Part shown: positions 1 to 8,678 of the stretch, in pieces
Position numbering within the stretch: the first letter of the stretch is position 1
Layout of the letters: every line of letters begins with the position of its first letter
Assembly: GCA_965216565.1 (NCBI GenBank)
Contig: OZ244170.1
Span: 5,056,001 to 5,120,000, forward strand
From: Bythopirellula sp.
GTDB lineage: Bacteria; Planctomycetota; Planctomycetia; Pirellulales; Lacipirellulaceae
Length of the DNA: 64,000 nucleotides
Reading direction: 5' to 3'
The notes under the pieces: generated by a model
What the model was told of the DNA's origin: nothing
Seen by the model: the letters and a program-made list of their open reading frames with translations, nothing else
The model's database searches: none
Position numbers and translations under genes: made by a program

Positions 1-93
1 GCGATGCGTTATTTCCAGGGTGTGCCCGAGCCGAGTGCTTTGCTGTTAGCAGGAATGGGGATCTTCGGCATGCTTGCTCGCCGGCAACGCTAA
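1..93 (+). CDS. C-terminal end of a PEP-CTERM sorting-domain protein (partial, 5' truncated)
   Basis: Frame 1 reads [34 protein letters not shown] motif, hydrophobic helix, basic tail. Confidence 0.85.
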   Translation, partial: AMRYFQGVPEPSALLLAGMGIFGMLARRQR

Positions 94-179
94 GATTGCA
101 ACGCTTGGAACCTGTCACGCAATCGTGTAGATTTGCGTTTATTCAAGGTCCCTGCCCTCTCACCCCTGCTTCCCATCTA

Positions 180-614
180 GTGAAATCTCTCACCGAAGAA
201 CTTTGGATGGACATCCCCGAGCGGCGGGCGATTGTTTCCTTGCACCAGGATGTCGAGCGGCTCGTGACGGAGAGTGGCGTGCAGGAGGGAATTGTCTTGG
301 TAAACGCCATGCACATCACCGCCAGCGTGTTTATCAACGACAACGAGTCGGGACTGCATGCCGACTACGAGCGGTGGCTGGAGGGCCTGGCACCGTTCGA
401 CGCGGGCAGCGACCCCGGCTCCGGCGGGTATCTGCACAATCGCACGGGCGAAGACAATGCCGACGCCCACCACAAACGACAAATCATGGGCCGCGAGGTG
501 GTGGTGGCCATCACCGAAGGCAAGCTGCACCTTGGGCCCTGGGAACATATCTTCTATTACGAATTCGACGGCCGCCGCCGCAAACGCGTGCTGGTCAAAA
601 TCATCGGGGAGTAG
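180..614 (+). CDS. YjbQ/UPF0047 family protein (secondary thiamine-phosphate synthase-like)
   Basis: Motifs [38 protein letters not shown]; probable GTG start at 180. Confidence 0.88.
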   Translation: MKSLTEELWMDIPERRAIVSLHQDVERLVTESGVQEGIVLVNAMHITASVFINDNESGLHADYERWLEGLAPFDAGSDPGSGGYLHNRTGEDNADAHHKRQIMGREVVVAITEGKLHLGPWEHIFYYEFDGRRRKRVLVKIIGE

Positions 615-868
615 AAACGCAGAGCTCGCTGAGAATCGCGGAGGGCCGCGGAGTGATATGTTTGCCGCGTTCTGTACCTTCTTTAAGTAGTTCAGCTTCG
701 AAAGTTACTGTCATTCCGAGGTCTGCCGAGGAATCTAGCTAGACCCCTCGGCAGACCTCGGGGTGACAGTAGGCTTTGGCCTTTGCAGAACAACGGCTTA
801 CTTGAGTAGCCACTCAAAATCCTGTCTTCCTCCGCGGCCCTCTGCGATTCTCAGCGAGCTCTGCGTTT
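615..868. repeat. Nested inverted-repeat element between convergent genes (outer 39-bp arms of CGC(A/T/G)GAG units, middle IR, inner 26-bp hairpin)
   Basis: 615-653 vs reverse complement of 830-868 match 38/39; 664-676 vs 784-797; 706-731 vs 746-771 match 24/26. Confidence 0.9.
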
Positions 869-870
869 AC

Positions 871-1689
871 TCACTTCCGGATCATCTCCGAGAATTCCTC
901 TCGCTCCGCATAGAGAATTGTCTTCGGCGTAATGTAAGCCGCGGCTTTGGTTTCTTCGAACGAACCCTTGCGGACGATCAGTCCTTCGTCGTACGCCATC
1001 TTTGCCGAATGGCCGGGGAGCAGCACGCGGTAGTCGTAGCGAATCCGCCGGGGGGAGATGCGGTTGATATGCCGAGCGATGTTGGTGGTGCAGTTGTTGG
1101 TCATCGTCTCGTAGAACTCCGGCTTGACGGCGAGTTCATTGACGCGGCCAAGCACGTCGGTCAGTAGCAGCCGCGCTTGATCGGGAGTGGCGGTTGTTTC
1201 GTAGAGGTAGACATCCTCGCGGCGATGATTGCCACGCACATTCACTACGTCGCGTTCGTCAGCCAGCACATACATCAGCTCGTATTGCCGAGCACTCCCT
1301 TTCCAAGCTGCGTACTCTTCTCCCACTTCCTTGCGAATCTCTACGCTCACGGCCAGGTGTTCCGGTTTGCCTGGTTCGTTTTCGAATTCGAAACTCAGCA
1401 TCGTGTGCGCGATAGCGGGCATGTTTTCGAATGGGATCACAAAGAAGTCGACACCTCGTAGGGCGTTGAGATCGTATTGCCGATTATTGTGCTCCACAAC
1501 GTAGGTCTCCTCGTCAAAGTACCGGCAATGGCGAACATTGTGGACGACGACCTGGTTCCCCGTAAACTCGGCGTAGGGAAGCACCGCCTGGTCGGGCGAC
1601 CAGTTTCGAGTATTCGAAGGGGCTACGATCTTCGCCGCACTTTGGCAACCGAAGAGAGCAACCAGCAGCAGGAGCCACGGTGTCCGCAT
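871..1689 (-). CDS. DUF4105 (Lnb N-terminal-like) domain lipoprotein
   Basis: Lipobox-like LFGC; AHTMLSFEF, SVEIRKE, FYETMTNNCTT motifs. Confidence 0.8.
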   Translation of the reverse strand: MRTPWLLLLVALFGCQSAAKIVAPSNTRNWSPDQAVLPYAEFTGNQVVVHNVRHCRYFDEETYVVEHNNRQYDLNALRGVDFFVIPFENMPAIAHTMLSFEFENEPGKPEHLAVSVEIRKEVGEEYAAWKGSARQYELMYVLADERDVVNVRGNHRREDVYLYETTATPDQARLLLTDVLGRVNELAVKPEFYETMTNNCTTNIARHINRISPRRIRYDYRVLLPGHSAKMAYDEGLIVRKGSFEETKAAAYITPKTILYAEREEFSEMIRK

Positions 1690-1856
1690 CAGATTGGATC
1701 ACAGGGAAAAGGAGCGAAAAGAGAAAAGCAGGGGAGTTTAGCGAGCAGGCAAAAGGCTAGCAAGACCGCCCAGTATGATAGCTTCCGCATGTTAGAATAG
1801 AATTATCAGTCTTCTCTATTTACGCTTCGCGGTCCAAGCATCGAGAATTCACGAGC

Positions 1857-3143
1857 ATGATGTCCCATCCCGACCAGCCGAAGGTCCGCCCATTGGAGCT
1901 AGTTCCGCTATCTAGCCAGCGGGGGATGTATGCACTGCGCGATCCCCACGGCTTCACTGGTACGGTGGCCTTGCCGTTTGCCGCGGCGAAGTTGGTAACG
2001 CTGATGAATGGTGAGCGGACGTTGGGCGATTTACGCCGCGATTTTGAAGAGCACGTCGGCAAGTCGGTCACCCTCGACTACGTGCGGCAAGTCGTCGAGC
2101 AATTGGACGACCTCTATTTTTTAGACAACGAGCGATTCGCCGATCACGAGGCTGCCCAGATTGCTGAATACCAACTGCTTGATGTCCGCCCCGCTGCCCA
2201 TGCGGGGGGGGCTTATCTGGAAGAGGAATCGGCACTGCGCGAACAACTCAGCAACCTCTTCACGTGTGACCAGGGCCCTGGCATTCTCCCCTGGGAGGGA
2301 AACGTAAACAGCGACTTTTCAAATGCGAGCCCTGACCGACTCTGTGGGGTGATGAGCCCCCACATTGATTTCCATCGTGGCGGACCTACCTTCGCTTGGG
2401 CCTACGATCGGATTGTCACGGAGTCGGATGCAGAACTATTTGTCATCTTGGGAACGGCTCACACTGCCTTGTCGGGGTTATTTAGCGTTTCGCAGAAACA
2501 CTTTGATACACCATTGGGCCAAGCAGAGACCGATCGCGATTTCGTAGAGAGTCTCTATCGGCGATTTCAGTTGCGAACGGACGAGGCGGCGGCCCTGCAA
2601 GTCTTCCGCGATGAATTGCCGCATCGGCACGAACACTCGATAGAGTTTCAGGCTTTGATGTTACAGTTTGCATTGGGAGGCAGACGCGACTATCGGATCG
2701 TGCCGATCCTAGTGGGCTCGTTTCACCCTTTCATCACCCAAAGCCGACTGCCTAACGAATCAGCGGCAGTCGATAGCTTTGTATCCGCTTTGCAAGAGAC
2801 GGTAGCTGGTTGCCGTAAGAAGGTGTGCTTTGTGGCTGGCGTAGACATGGCCCATATTGGCTCGCAATTTGGTGATGAAGGCGAAGTGGACGACGAGCGG
2901 CTCAAAGAACAATGGGCCGACGACCAGCAACTATTGTCCCAAGCATGTGCCGCAGACTCAGCAGGGTGGTTCCAGCACGTCGCAGCCTCGAAAGACCGAA
3001 ACCGAATTTGCGGCCTAGCTCCCGTGTACACAATGCTGGAAGCCACAGGCACGCATCGCGGCGATCTCCTGCGGTACGACCAGGCCGTGGCTGAAGATGG
3101 GTCGTCGTGTGTCAGCTTTGCCAGCGTGGCATTCTACGAGTGA
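1857..3143 (+). CDS. AmmeMemoRadiSam system protein B (MEMO1 family) with N-terminal extension
   Basis: RPAAHAGGAY, SPHIDF, HEHSIEFQ, DMAHIG, ICGLAP, VSFAS motifs. Confidence 0.88.
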   Translation: MMSHPDQPKVRPLELVPLSSQRGMYALRDPHGFTGTVALPFAAAKLVTLMNGERTLGDLRRDFEEHVGKSVTLDYVRQVVEQLDDLYFLDNERFADHEAAQIAEYQLLDVRPAAHAGGAYLEEESALREQLSNLFTCDQGPGILPWEGNVNSDFSNASPDRLCGVMSPHIDFHRGGPTFAWAYDRIVTESDAELFVILGTAHTALSGLFSVSQKHFDTPLGQAETDRDFVESLYRRFQLRTDEAAALQVFRDELPHRHEHSIEFQALMLQFALGGRRDYRIVPILVGSFHPFITQSRLPNESAAVDSFVSALQETVAGCRKKVCFVAGVDMAHIGSQFGDEGEVDDERLKEQWADDQQLLSQACAADSAGWFQHVAASKDRNRICGLAPVYTMLEATGTHRGDLLRYDQAVAEDGSSCVSFASVAFYE

Positions 3144-3262
3144 AGTTTGAATTGTGAAGTGTGATCTGTGAAGTTACAAGGAGCTAACCGCACAGTTACC
3201 TTGGAATGAAGCACACTTCAACAAACACACTTCAAACTTCTAACTTCAAAATTTTCACTTCC
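3141..3262. repeat. Inverted heptamer arrays (TGAAGTN)n / (NACTTCA)n
   Basis: tgaagtt tgaattg tgaagtg tgatctg tgaagtt ... cacttca acaaaca cacttca aacttct aacttca aaatttt cacttcc; fills the gap between two convergent stop codons. Confidence 0.85.
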
Positions 3263-4117
3263 TTACAGTCTGCAATTTGCAATCGCTGTTTCGAGAATTG
3301 CCGTTGCGCCCAGGGTTTCGAGTTGTTCCATGATCTCGATGACTTCGCCCCGCTTGACCATCGCACGGACGCTAAACCAGTCTTCTTCTTCCAATCGGCT
3401 CACGGTGGGCGACTCGAAGCCAGGGGTGATTTTCTCTGCTGCGGCGAGCTTATCGGCAGGGACGTTATATTCCAGAAGTGAGTAAGCTCGAGCGATGACT
3501 ACCCCTTCAAGCCGACGGACGATGCGGTCGGCCAGATCGGTATGCTTTGTTGCGGGGCTCTGGACAAGCACTGTTTCGTATTTGCCGATCTCTTCGAGTA
3601 TGCGAAGCCGATTCGCGGCCAGCGTGCTGCCGGTTTCGACCAGATCGACAATCGCATCGGCAATACCCAGGGCGATCATTACTTCGACTGAGCCGGTGAG
3701 TTTCACAATATGGGCCTCGGCCCCCTGCCCTGCCAGAAACTGTTCGGTGACGTGTGGAAAGCTGGTTGCGATTCGTTTGCCCGCGAGATCTTTGGCACTC
3801 TTGGCAGCACACTCGTCTGGCACGCAAAAGGTAAGCCGGCAATTGCCCATTCCCAACTTTAGGCGTTCGGCGAGTTCCACGCCACTTTCACAAACCAGGT
3901 CACCACCGGTGATCCCCATATCGATGGCGCCTTCGGCGCACAGCACCGGGATGTCGTCGGTACGCAGGAACGTGATATCGATGGGCATTCCACGAACTCG
4001 GGCGAACAGACTCCGATTCTGGCGACGAAAGCTGAGCCCGGCTTCTTTAAGAAGCTGTGTGGAAAGATCGGCCAGTCGGCCTTTGCTGGGAACACCAATG
4101 CGGAGGTTTTCAGACAT
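3263..4117 (-). CDS. hisG: ATP phosphoribosyltransferase (long form)
   Basis: PSKGRL, LRTDDIP, DLVETGSTL, C-terminal SPTVS domain. Confidence 0.97.
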   Translation of the reverse strand: MSENLRIGVPSKGRLADLSTQLLKEAGLSFRRQNRSLFARVRGMPIDITFLRTDDIPVLCAEGAIDMGITGGDLVCESGVELAERLKLGMGNCRLTFCVPDECAAKSAKDLAGKRIATSFPHVTEQFLAGQGAEAHIVKLTGSVEVMIALGIADAIVDLVETGSTLAANRLRILEEIGKYETVLVQSPATKHTDLADRIVRRLEGVVIARAYSLLEYNVPADKLAAAEKITPGFESPTVSRLEEEDWFSVRAMVKRGEVIEIMEQLETLGATAILETAIANCRL

Positions 4118-4140
4118 TTGTTGATTTCAGAAGACAATGG

Positions 4141-4479
4141 TTATTTGTTGCGATTCGCTTTTTCGTCTAGTCCAGAGACACCCGTACGTCGGTCGAGTTC
4201 AGTCTCGACCTCGGCCAATGTAATACCCCGCCAAGCTAGTAACACCATGAGGTGATATAGCACATCGCCGGCTTCCCGGATGGTATGTTGCCGACCTTCT
4301 TCATCGAGCTCGCCAGCCGCTTCCACGACTTCAGCCGCTTCTTCGAGGATCTTTGCCCCAATTTTGGCAACGCCGCCTGCCAGCAATTTAGCCGTATAGG
4401 ACTTATCGCTAGGTGTGGACTGACGCGTCTGGATAGTTGCTTCCAACTCGTCGATTGGGCGGAGGGGGTTGTTGGGCAT
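4141..4479 (-). CDS. hisE: Phosphoribosyl-ATP pyrophosphatase
   Basis: SYTAKLL, KILEEAAEV, EAGDVLYHLMVLL; start at MPNNP. Confidence 0.95.
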   Translation of the reverse strand: MPNNPLRPIDELEATIQTRQSTPSDKSYTAKLLAGGVAKIGAKILEEAAEVVEAAGELDEEGRQHTIREAGDVLYHLMVLLAWRGITLAEVETELDRRTGVSGLDEKANRNK

Positions 4480-4613
4480 AGACTGACTGCGGTTAGGAAA
4501 CTGTGGGTTTTCCAAATGCTGATTGCAGCCCACAATGGGGGGGCAATCCAGTAGTTTAGGCGGTCATCGCACGGCTGGCAATTGCGACACAGCGAACCTT
4601 TGGACACGCCGTA

Positions 4614-5561
4614 ATGACAGAAATTAACCCTGCACGAGATTGCTGGTTTTTGACCGGGGCTACAGCCGTTGGGAAGTCGGATGTAGGCGTGGCGTTGGCT
4701 CAACAGATTGGGGCGGAAATTATTTCGCTCGATTCCATGGCTATCTACCGCGGGATGGACATCGGCACAGCCAAGCCATCCGCGGAGCAGCAGGCTCAAA
4801 TCCCGCATCACCTCATCGATATCGTTGATCCTCACGAAGAATACAGTATCGACCTCTATCTCAAGGCAGCCCATGAAAAAATGGAGGAGATCCTGCGGCG
4901 AGCGCGGCAAATTTTATTCGTCGGGGGGACTCCATTGTATTTGAAGGCTTTGCTACGGGGCTTGGCTACCGGCCCTCCGGCGAATTGGGAAATGCGGAAA
5001 GAGATAGAACAGGAAGTAGCTGAGGTCGGCAACCAGGCCCTCTTCGAACGCTTGGAAAAAGTCGATCCATTGGCCGCTTCGCAAATTCATCCGCACGATA
5101 CGCGACGGTTGATCCGAGCATTGGAAGTGTTCCGATCCACCGGTGAACCAATTAGCCACAATCAAATGCATTTCGACGAAGGTCTCCCAGCCGAGGAGTG
5201 CCGCGTGTTTGTCTTGCGACGACCTCGAGAGGAACAGCACGAGCGGATCAATCTCCGTGTCGATCAAATGATCGAACGTGGATTGATCGAAGAAGTGCAG
5301 GCTCTGATTTCGCAGCCAGAAGGTTTGGGGAGAACAGCAAGCCAGGCGGTTGGATATCGGGAAGTTAGGGAATACCTAGAGGGAGAATGCGACCGCGAGC
5401 GGATGATTTCGAACATCAAGACTCGGACCCGTCGCTTTGCCAAACGACAGGGGACCTGGTTCCGCGGATTTAGCGAATGCCGGTTTGTGGATGTTGAGGC
5501 GGACGATGATGCGGACGGCATTGCCGAGAAGATTCTAACGGAGGGCCCGCAGAGTAGCTAA
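4614..5561 (+). CDS. miaA: tRNA dimethylallyltransferase
   Basis: GATAVGKS, DSMAIYRGMDIGTAKP, VGGTPLY, TRRFAKRQ.TWF. Confidence 0.97.
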   Translation: MTEINPARDCWFLTGATAVGKSDVGVALAQQIGAEIISLDSMAIYRGMDIGTAKPSAEQQAQIPHHLIDIVDPHEEYSIDLYLKAAHEKMEEILRRARQILFVGGTPLYLKALLRGLATGPPANWEMRKEIEQEVAEVGNQALFERLEKVDPLAASQIHPHDTRRLIRALEVFRSTGEPISHNQMHFDEGLPAEECRVFVLRRPREEQHERINLRVDQMIERGLIEEVQALISQPEGLGRTASQAVGYREVREYLEGECDRERMISNIKTRTRRFAKRQGTWFRGFSECRFVDVEADDDADGIAEKILTEGPQSS

Positions 5562-5637
5562 GGGCTGCTGAGTAGCGCTACGCCACGCCGCCTTGAAATC
5601 GGCACATGCTCTAAACTAGCCAAGAGAAGCCGATGAA

Positions 5638-5772
5638 CTAGAACCAGTTGTGAATTCAATGAGCCGAACGCGCTAGCGTCGGGTAGCATCGGAACACACC
5701 TAGACTTACGATACCCGCGGCTAGCGCCGTCGGCTCATTTAGAACTGATCTGATTTTTGAAACTGGTTCTAG
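5638..5772. mobile_element. MITE-like element (12-bp terminal IR beginning CTAG) enclosing a REP-like inverted pair
   Basis: ctagaaccagtt (5638-5649) / aactggttctag (5761-5772); inner aatgagccgaacgcgctagcgtcgggta (5658-5685) / tacccgcggctagcgccgtcggctcatt (5712-5739). Confidence 0.7.
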
Positions 5773-5780
5773 GAAACTCT

Positions 5781-5817
5781 CTCTGCGCAACTCGGCGTCC
5801 TCAGCGAGCTCTGCGTT
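5781..5817 (-). repeat. Arm of the CGCAGAG-unit repeat family (same as 615-653)
   Basis: Reverse complement aacgcagagctcgctgaggacgccgagttgcgcagag; first 18 nt identical to 616-633. Confidence 0.85.
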
Positions 5818-5834
5818 GAGTTCTCCGCCGAACT

Positions 5835-6827
5835 CTACGCTGAGCGCCTGGTAACGAACTGACACATCGTCAACAAAGCCTCTTTCGCCGGGGAGACGGG
5901 CAGGGCGGCGAGTTCTTGCTCGGCGAGTTGGCTATGTGCCAGGGCGACGTCGCGAGCGTGATCGAGCGATCCAGATTCTGCGAGCCAAGTGAGCAGTTGT
6001 GCATTCGGTTCTGCGACCAACTGGCGAAGTTTCTCCTGCTCCTCGGAACTAATCTCATCGCGGAGGTAGATGAGCGGCAGCGTCATTTTTTGCTTGGCCA
6101 AGTCGGTGCCGAGCGACTTGCCCGTTGTCGCTTCGTCCCCTTCCAAATCGAGGAGATCATCGGTGATCTGAAATGCGATTCCTAGGTGACGGCCGAAGCC
6201 CTCAAGACTGGTCACAACCTGCTCATCTCCGCCTGCGTAGTGGGCTCCCAGATTGCAGCAGCAGGCGCAGAGCTCAGCAGTTTTAGCGTCGATGATGCGT
6301 AAATACTGTTCACGGCTCAAATCGAAATTCCCGCTGGCCGCGTTCTGCAGTAGTTCGCCCTCGCAAACAATGTTCGTCGATCGGCCAATGGTGCGGCAGC
6401 CATAGGTCGTGTCCAGGGTACTCGCTAGATAGAAGGAGTGAGTGAATAGATAGTCGCCCAATAAAACGCTAACCTGATTCTCCCAGCGAGCATTAATGGT
6501 CTCCTCGTGCCGGCGAAGTGTGGCTTCGTCGAGAACGTCGTCGTGAATCAAAGTTGCCGTGTGAATCATCTCTACCACGGCAGCAAGCGTGTGATGGGCT
6601 GGATTCACTTCGCTCACAGCCTGCGCGGAGAGTAACAACAGTGCTGGTCGAAGCCGCTTGCCACCAACGCGATACGAACGCTGAGCCAACTCGTCGATGA
6701 AAGGATTGGAATGCTTCAACTCACCTTCGAGCAGCGCATCGGCAATCGCCAGGTCTCTTTTGATAGGCTCGAACAATTCGCGGAGCAAGGCTTGGGTGTC
6801 CATCGGAAGAGGTCGTACGGAGCTCAT
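5835..6827 (-). CDS. Polyprenyl diphosphate synthase (IspB-like)
   Basis: [24 protein letters not shown] motifs. Confidence 0.93.
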   Translation of the reverse strand: MSSVRPLPMDTQALLRELFEPIKRDLAIADALLEGELKHSNPFIDELAQRSYRVGGKRLRPALLLLSAQAVSEVNPAHHTLAAVVEMIHTATLIHDDVLDEATLRRHEETINARWENQVSVLLGDYLFTHSFYLASTLDTTYGCRTIGRSTNIVCEGELLQNAASGNFDLSREQYLRIIDAKTAELCACCCNLGAHYAGGDEQVVTSLEGFGRHLGIAFQITDDLLDLEGDEATTGKSLGTDLAKQKMTLPLIYLRDEISSEEQEKLRQLVAEPNAQLLTWLAESGSLDHARDVALAHSQLAEQELAALPVSPAKEALLTMCQFVTRRSA

Positions 6828-7312
6828 GAGTTTCCTTTCTGCTCGCGATTATATTCACCACTCGCGCCGCCCGACTTCGTTTCGAGCTGAATTTGTTCGA
6901 TGACCATACCGCGGTCGACTGCTTTGCACATATCGTAAATAGTGAGCGCTGCAACGCTAGTGGCGGTAAGTGCTTCCATTTCCACGCCAGTTTTTGCAGT
7001 GACCTCAACGGTGGATTCAACTTGCAGTGCCTCATCGCCTTGGGGAGTGAAGGCTATCTGAACCGACTCTAAGGCCAAAGGATGGCAGAGTGGGATTAAC
7101 TCTGCGGTTCTCTTGGCGGCCATAATACCTGCGAGACGGGCGACCTCCAGTACGTCGCCTTTCTTGTGTCCTCGCAAAAGGATCAAATTCAGCGTCTCCT
7201 GCCGCATCCGCACCACTCCACTGGCCCGTGCAATTCGGTGCGTGACGGCTTTATCAGCCACGTCAACCATACGGCTGGCCCCAGTCTCGTCAAAATGGCT
7301 TAGATCGGTCAT
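6824..7312 (-). CDS. moaC: Cyclic pyranopterin monophosphate synthase
   Basis: [41 protein letters not shown]. Confidence 0.97.
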   Translation of the reverse strand: MTDLSHFDETGASRMVDVADKAVTHRIARASGVVRMRQETLNLILLRGHKKGDVLEVARLAGIMAAKRTAELIPLCHPLALESVQIAFTPQGDEALQVESTVEVTAKTGVEMEALTATSVAALTIYDMCKAVDRGMVIEQIQLETKSGGASGEYNREQKGNS

Positions 7313-7461
7313 GGTCAAAGACGGAGGTTGGAAGGCGGAAGGGCTCAAAAACCCCATTGTAGGGGGTCTCGGCCATGCGTCGAGGTGGTTTGGCGATGGC
7401 ATCAAGTTCCAGAAGGAGAACCGGAGATCGGCCGCAGAGTTAACACAATGTGAGGTGAGAG

Positions 7462-7494
7462 CCCAAGCCGCGACTCTACGAGTCGCGGCTTGGG
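7462..7494. repeat. REP-like palindrome (GCCGCGACTC-TAC-GAGTCGC family), copy 1
   Basis: cccaagccgcgactc tac gagtcgcggcttggg: perfect 15-bp stem. Confidence 0.85.
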
Positions 7495-7519
7495 GAAACT
7501 GAAGGATTTCTGCCGTTTA

Positions 7520-8242
7520 TCAACTATGCCGTAGACTTTGCCAACGTCGAGACCATATCACCAAGGAAGCTAAAAGAATTGTGGATGAGGGCTCTGGAAT
7601 CAGGTAGGCAGCTTCGATAAACACCAGGTCGCCATTTGGTCGTAGGGGGATATTTGAAAAATGCGGACCGGTGTTGTACCTCGAACGACCGTCCAAGAAC
7701 TTGTCAGCTGCGAAAATAGCACTTACTGTGTCCATGTCTCGTACCCTGCCGAAAATCGAAAACTCTTCGTCAAGAAAGGAATTCAATCTTCCGTTGATGA
7801 AGAAACTACTTTGGCCACTATCTGCGTCTACATTGCCCAACCCACCTATTAGAGCAAATGAGACGGTCCCAGGTTCATGAGTCAATCCAGTGGAGGAAGC
7901 AGTCTCGCCATTTACAGGAGGGTCCAAAGGGATTTCTAAGAATCCGTTTATTGTTGGCGGAGGTGATTGGGTTGTCGAATTGTAAAGTCCCATCTGCAAG
8001 ACATGATTCTCACCAGGATACGTGGTCGTATCCGCTCTATTGATTACCGTGTTATCATATCTTCCGCTGGTGACGTAATTGAGAAAGTTTGCGACGTTCT
8101 GCGGTGCCTTATCTGGAAAAAGCTCGATATCAATGACGCCTAGCGAGGTCTCGAGCCTTACCGTTTGAGCTAGGGTAGGTAGGGAGAATATCGCGAGGAT
8201 TGAATATGTACATACCAGTAGTCGCATAGTATTTGATCTCAC
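7520..8242 (-). CDS. Cyclophilin-type peptidyl-prolyl isomerase with signal peptide and PEP-CTERM
   Basis: TSLGVIDIELF..KAP.NVANFL.YV.SG.YD.T..NR, SSFFIN, LD..FSIFGRV; ends IPEP + TM + RR; start at 8242 or 8227. Confidence 0.85.
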   Translation of the reverse strand: MRSNTMRLLVCTYSILAIFSLPTLAQTVRLETSLGVIDIELFPDKAPQNVANFLNYVTSGRYDNTVINRADTTTYPGENHVLQMGLYNSTTQSPPPTINGFLEIPLDPPVNGETASSTGLTHEPGTVSFALIGGLGNVDADSGQSSFFINGRLNSFLDEEFSIFGRVRDMDTVSAIFAADKFLDGRSRYNTGPHFSNIPLRPNGDLVFIEAAYLIPEPSSTILLASLVIWSRRWQSLRHS

Positions 8243-8427
8243 AGAGTAATTGCAGAAGAATTCGAAAGCAATGCAATCAGGAATTGCAATGAGCGGCGAC
8301 TGCGAAAAGAAATTCCTTCTATCTCTTAGAAGGTCGCTCGGTCGAAACCAAGAGGCAGCCAGATTAGATTAGTTCACTAGACCTTGAATCGCATGGATGT
8401 ATTCCAAAGGCTCTCTTCTGAGTACAT

Positions 8428-8456
8428 ATCATAACCGACATTCGCTGCTCGGTCAA
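8428..8456 (-). promoter_or_regulatory. Sigma70-like promoter for the PEP-CTERM cyclophilin
   Basis: Minus strand TTGACC-17 nt-TATGAT. Confidence 0.6.
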
Positions 8457-8494
8457 AAACGAATTGCCAAGTATCGGCAATTATCCCCACTTCC

Positions 8495-8533
8495 ACAAAA
8501 AAAGACCCTGTCGCTTTTCAGCAACAGGGTCTC
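8495..8533 (-). terminator. Rho-independent terminator downstream of the HTH-REC gene
   Basis: Minus strand agaccctgttgc-tgaaaa-gcgacagggtct followed by a U run. Confidence 0.85.
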
Positions 8534-8678
8534 GTGAACGGGGTAAGGACGACTTATTCGGGAGATTTCAGTCGTCCGGCAGCTGACTCATTCAACAGCC
8601 CCAGATCATATGTGATCCGTTGGCGTCTCCCCAACGGTTTAGCCTTTCCAAGCAAGACATCCAGCGTAAGACTGACGC

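Noticed and set aside
3141..3262. CRISPR array
   Set aside because: Units are 7 nt with no unique spacers, and there are no cas genes in the window.
4480..4613. His attenuator upstream of hisE-hisG
   Set aside because: No His-codon run and no terminator; it is a short divergent promoter region.
8575..8650. c-di-GMP-I riboswitch as a firm call
   Set aside because: It lacks the GNRA-type loop and the CGCAAA-like junction; kept only as a candidate structured RNA.
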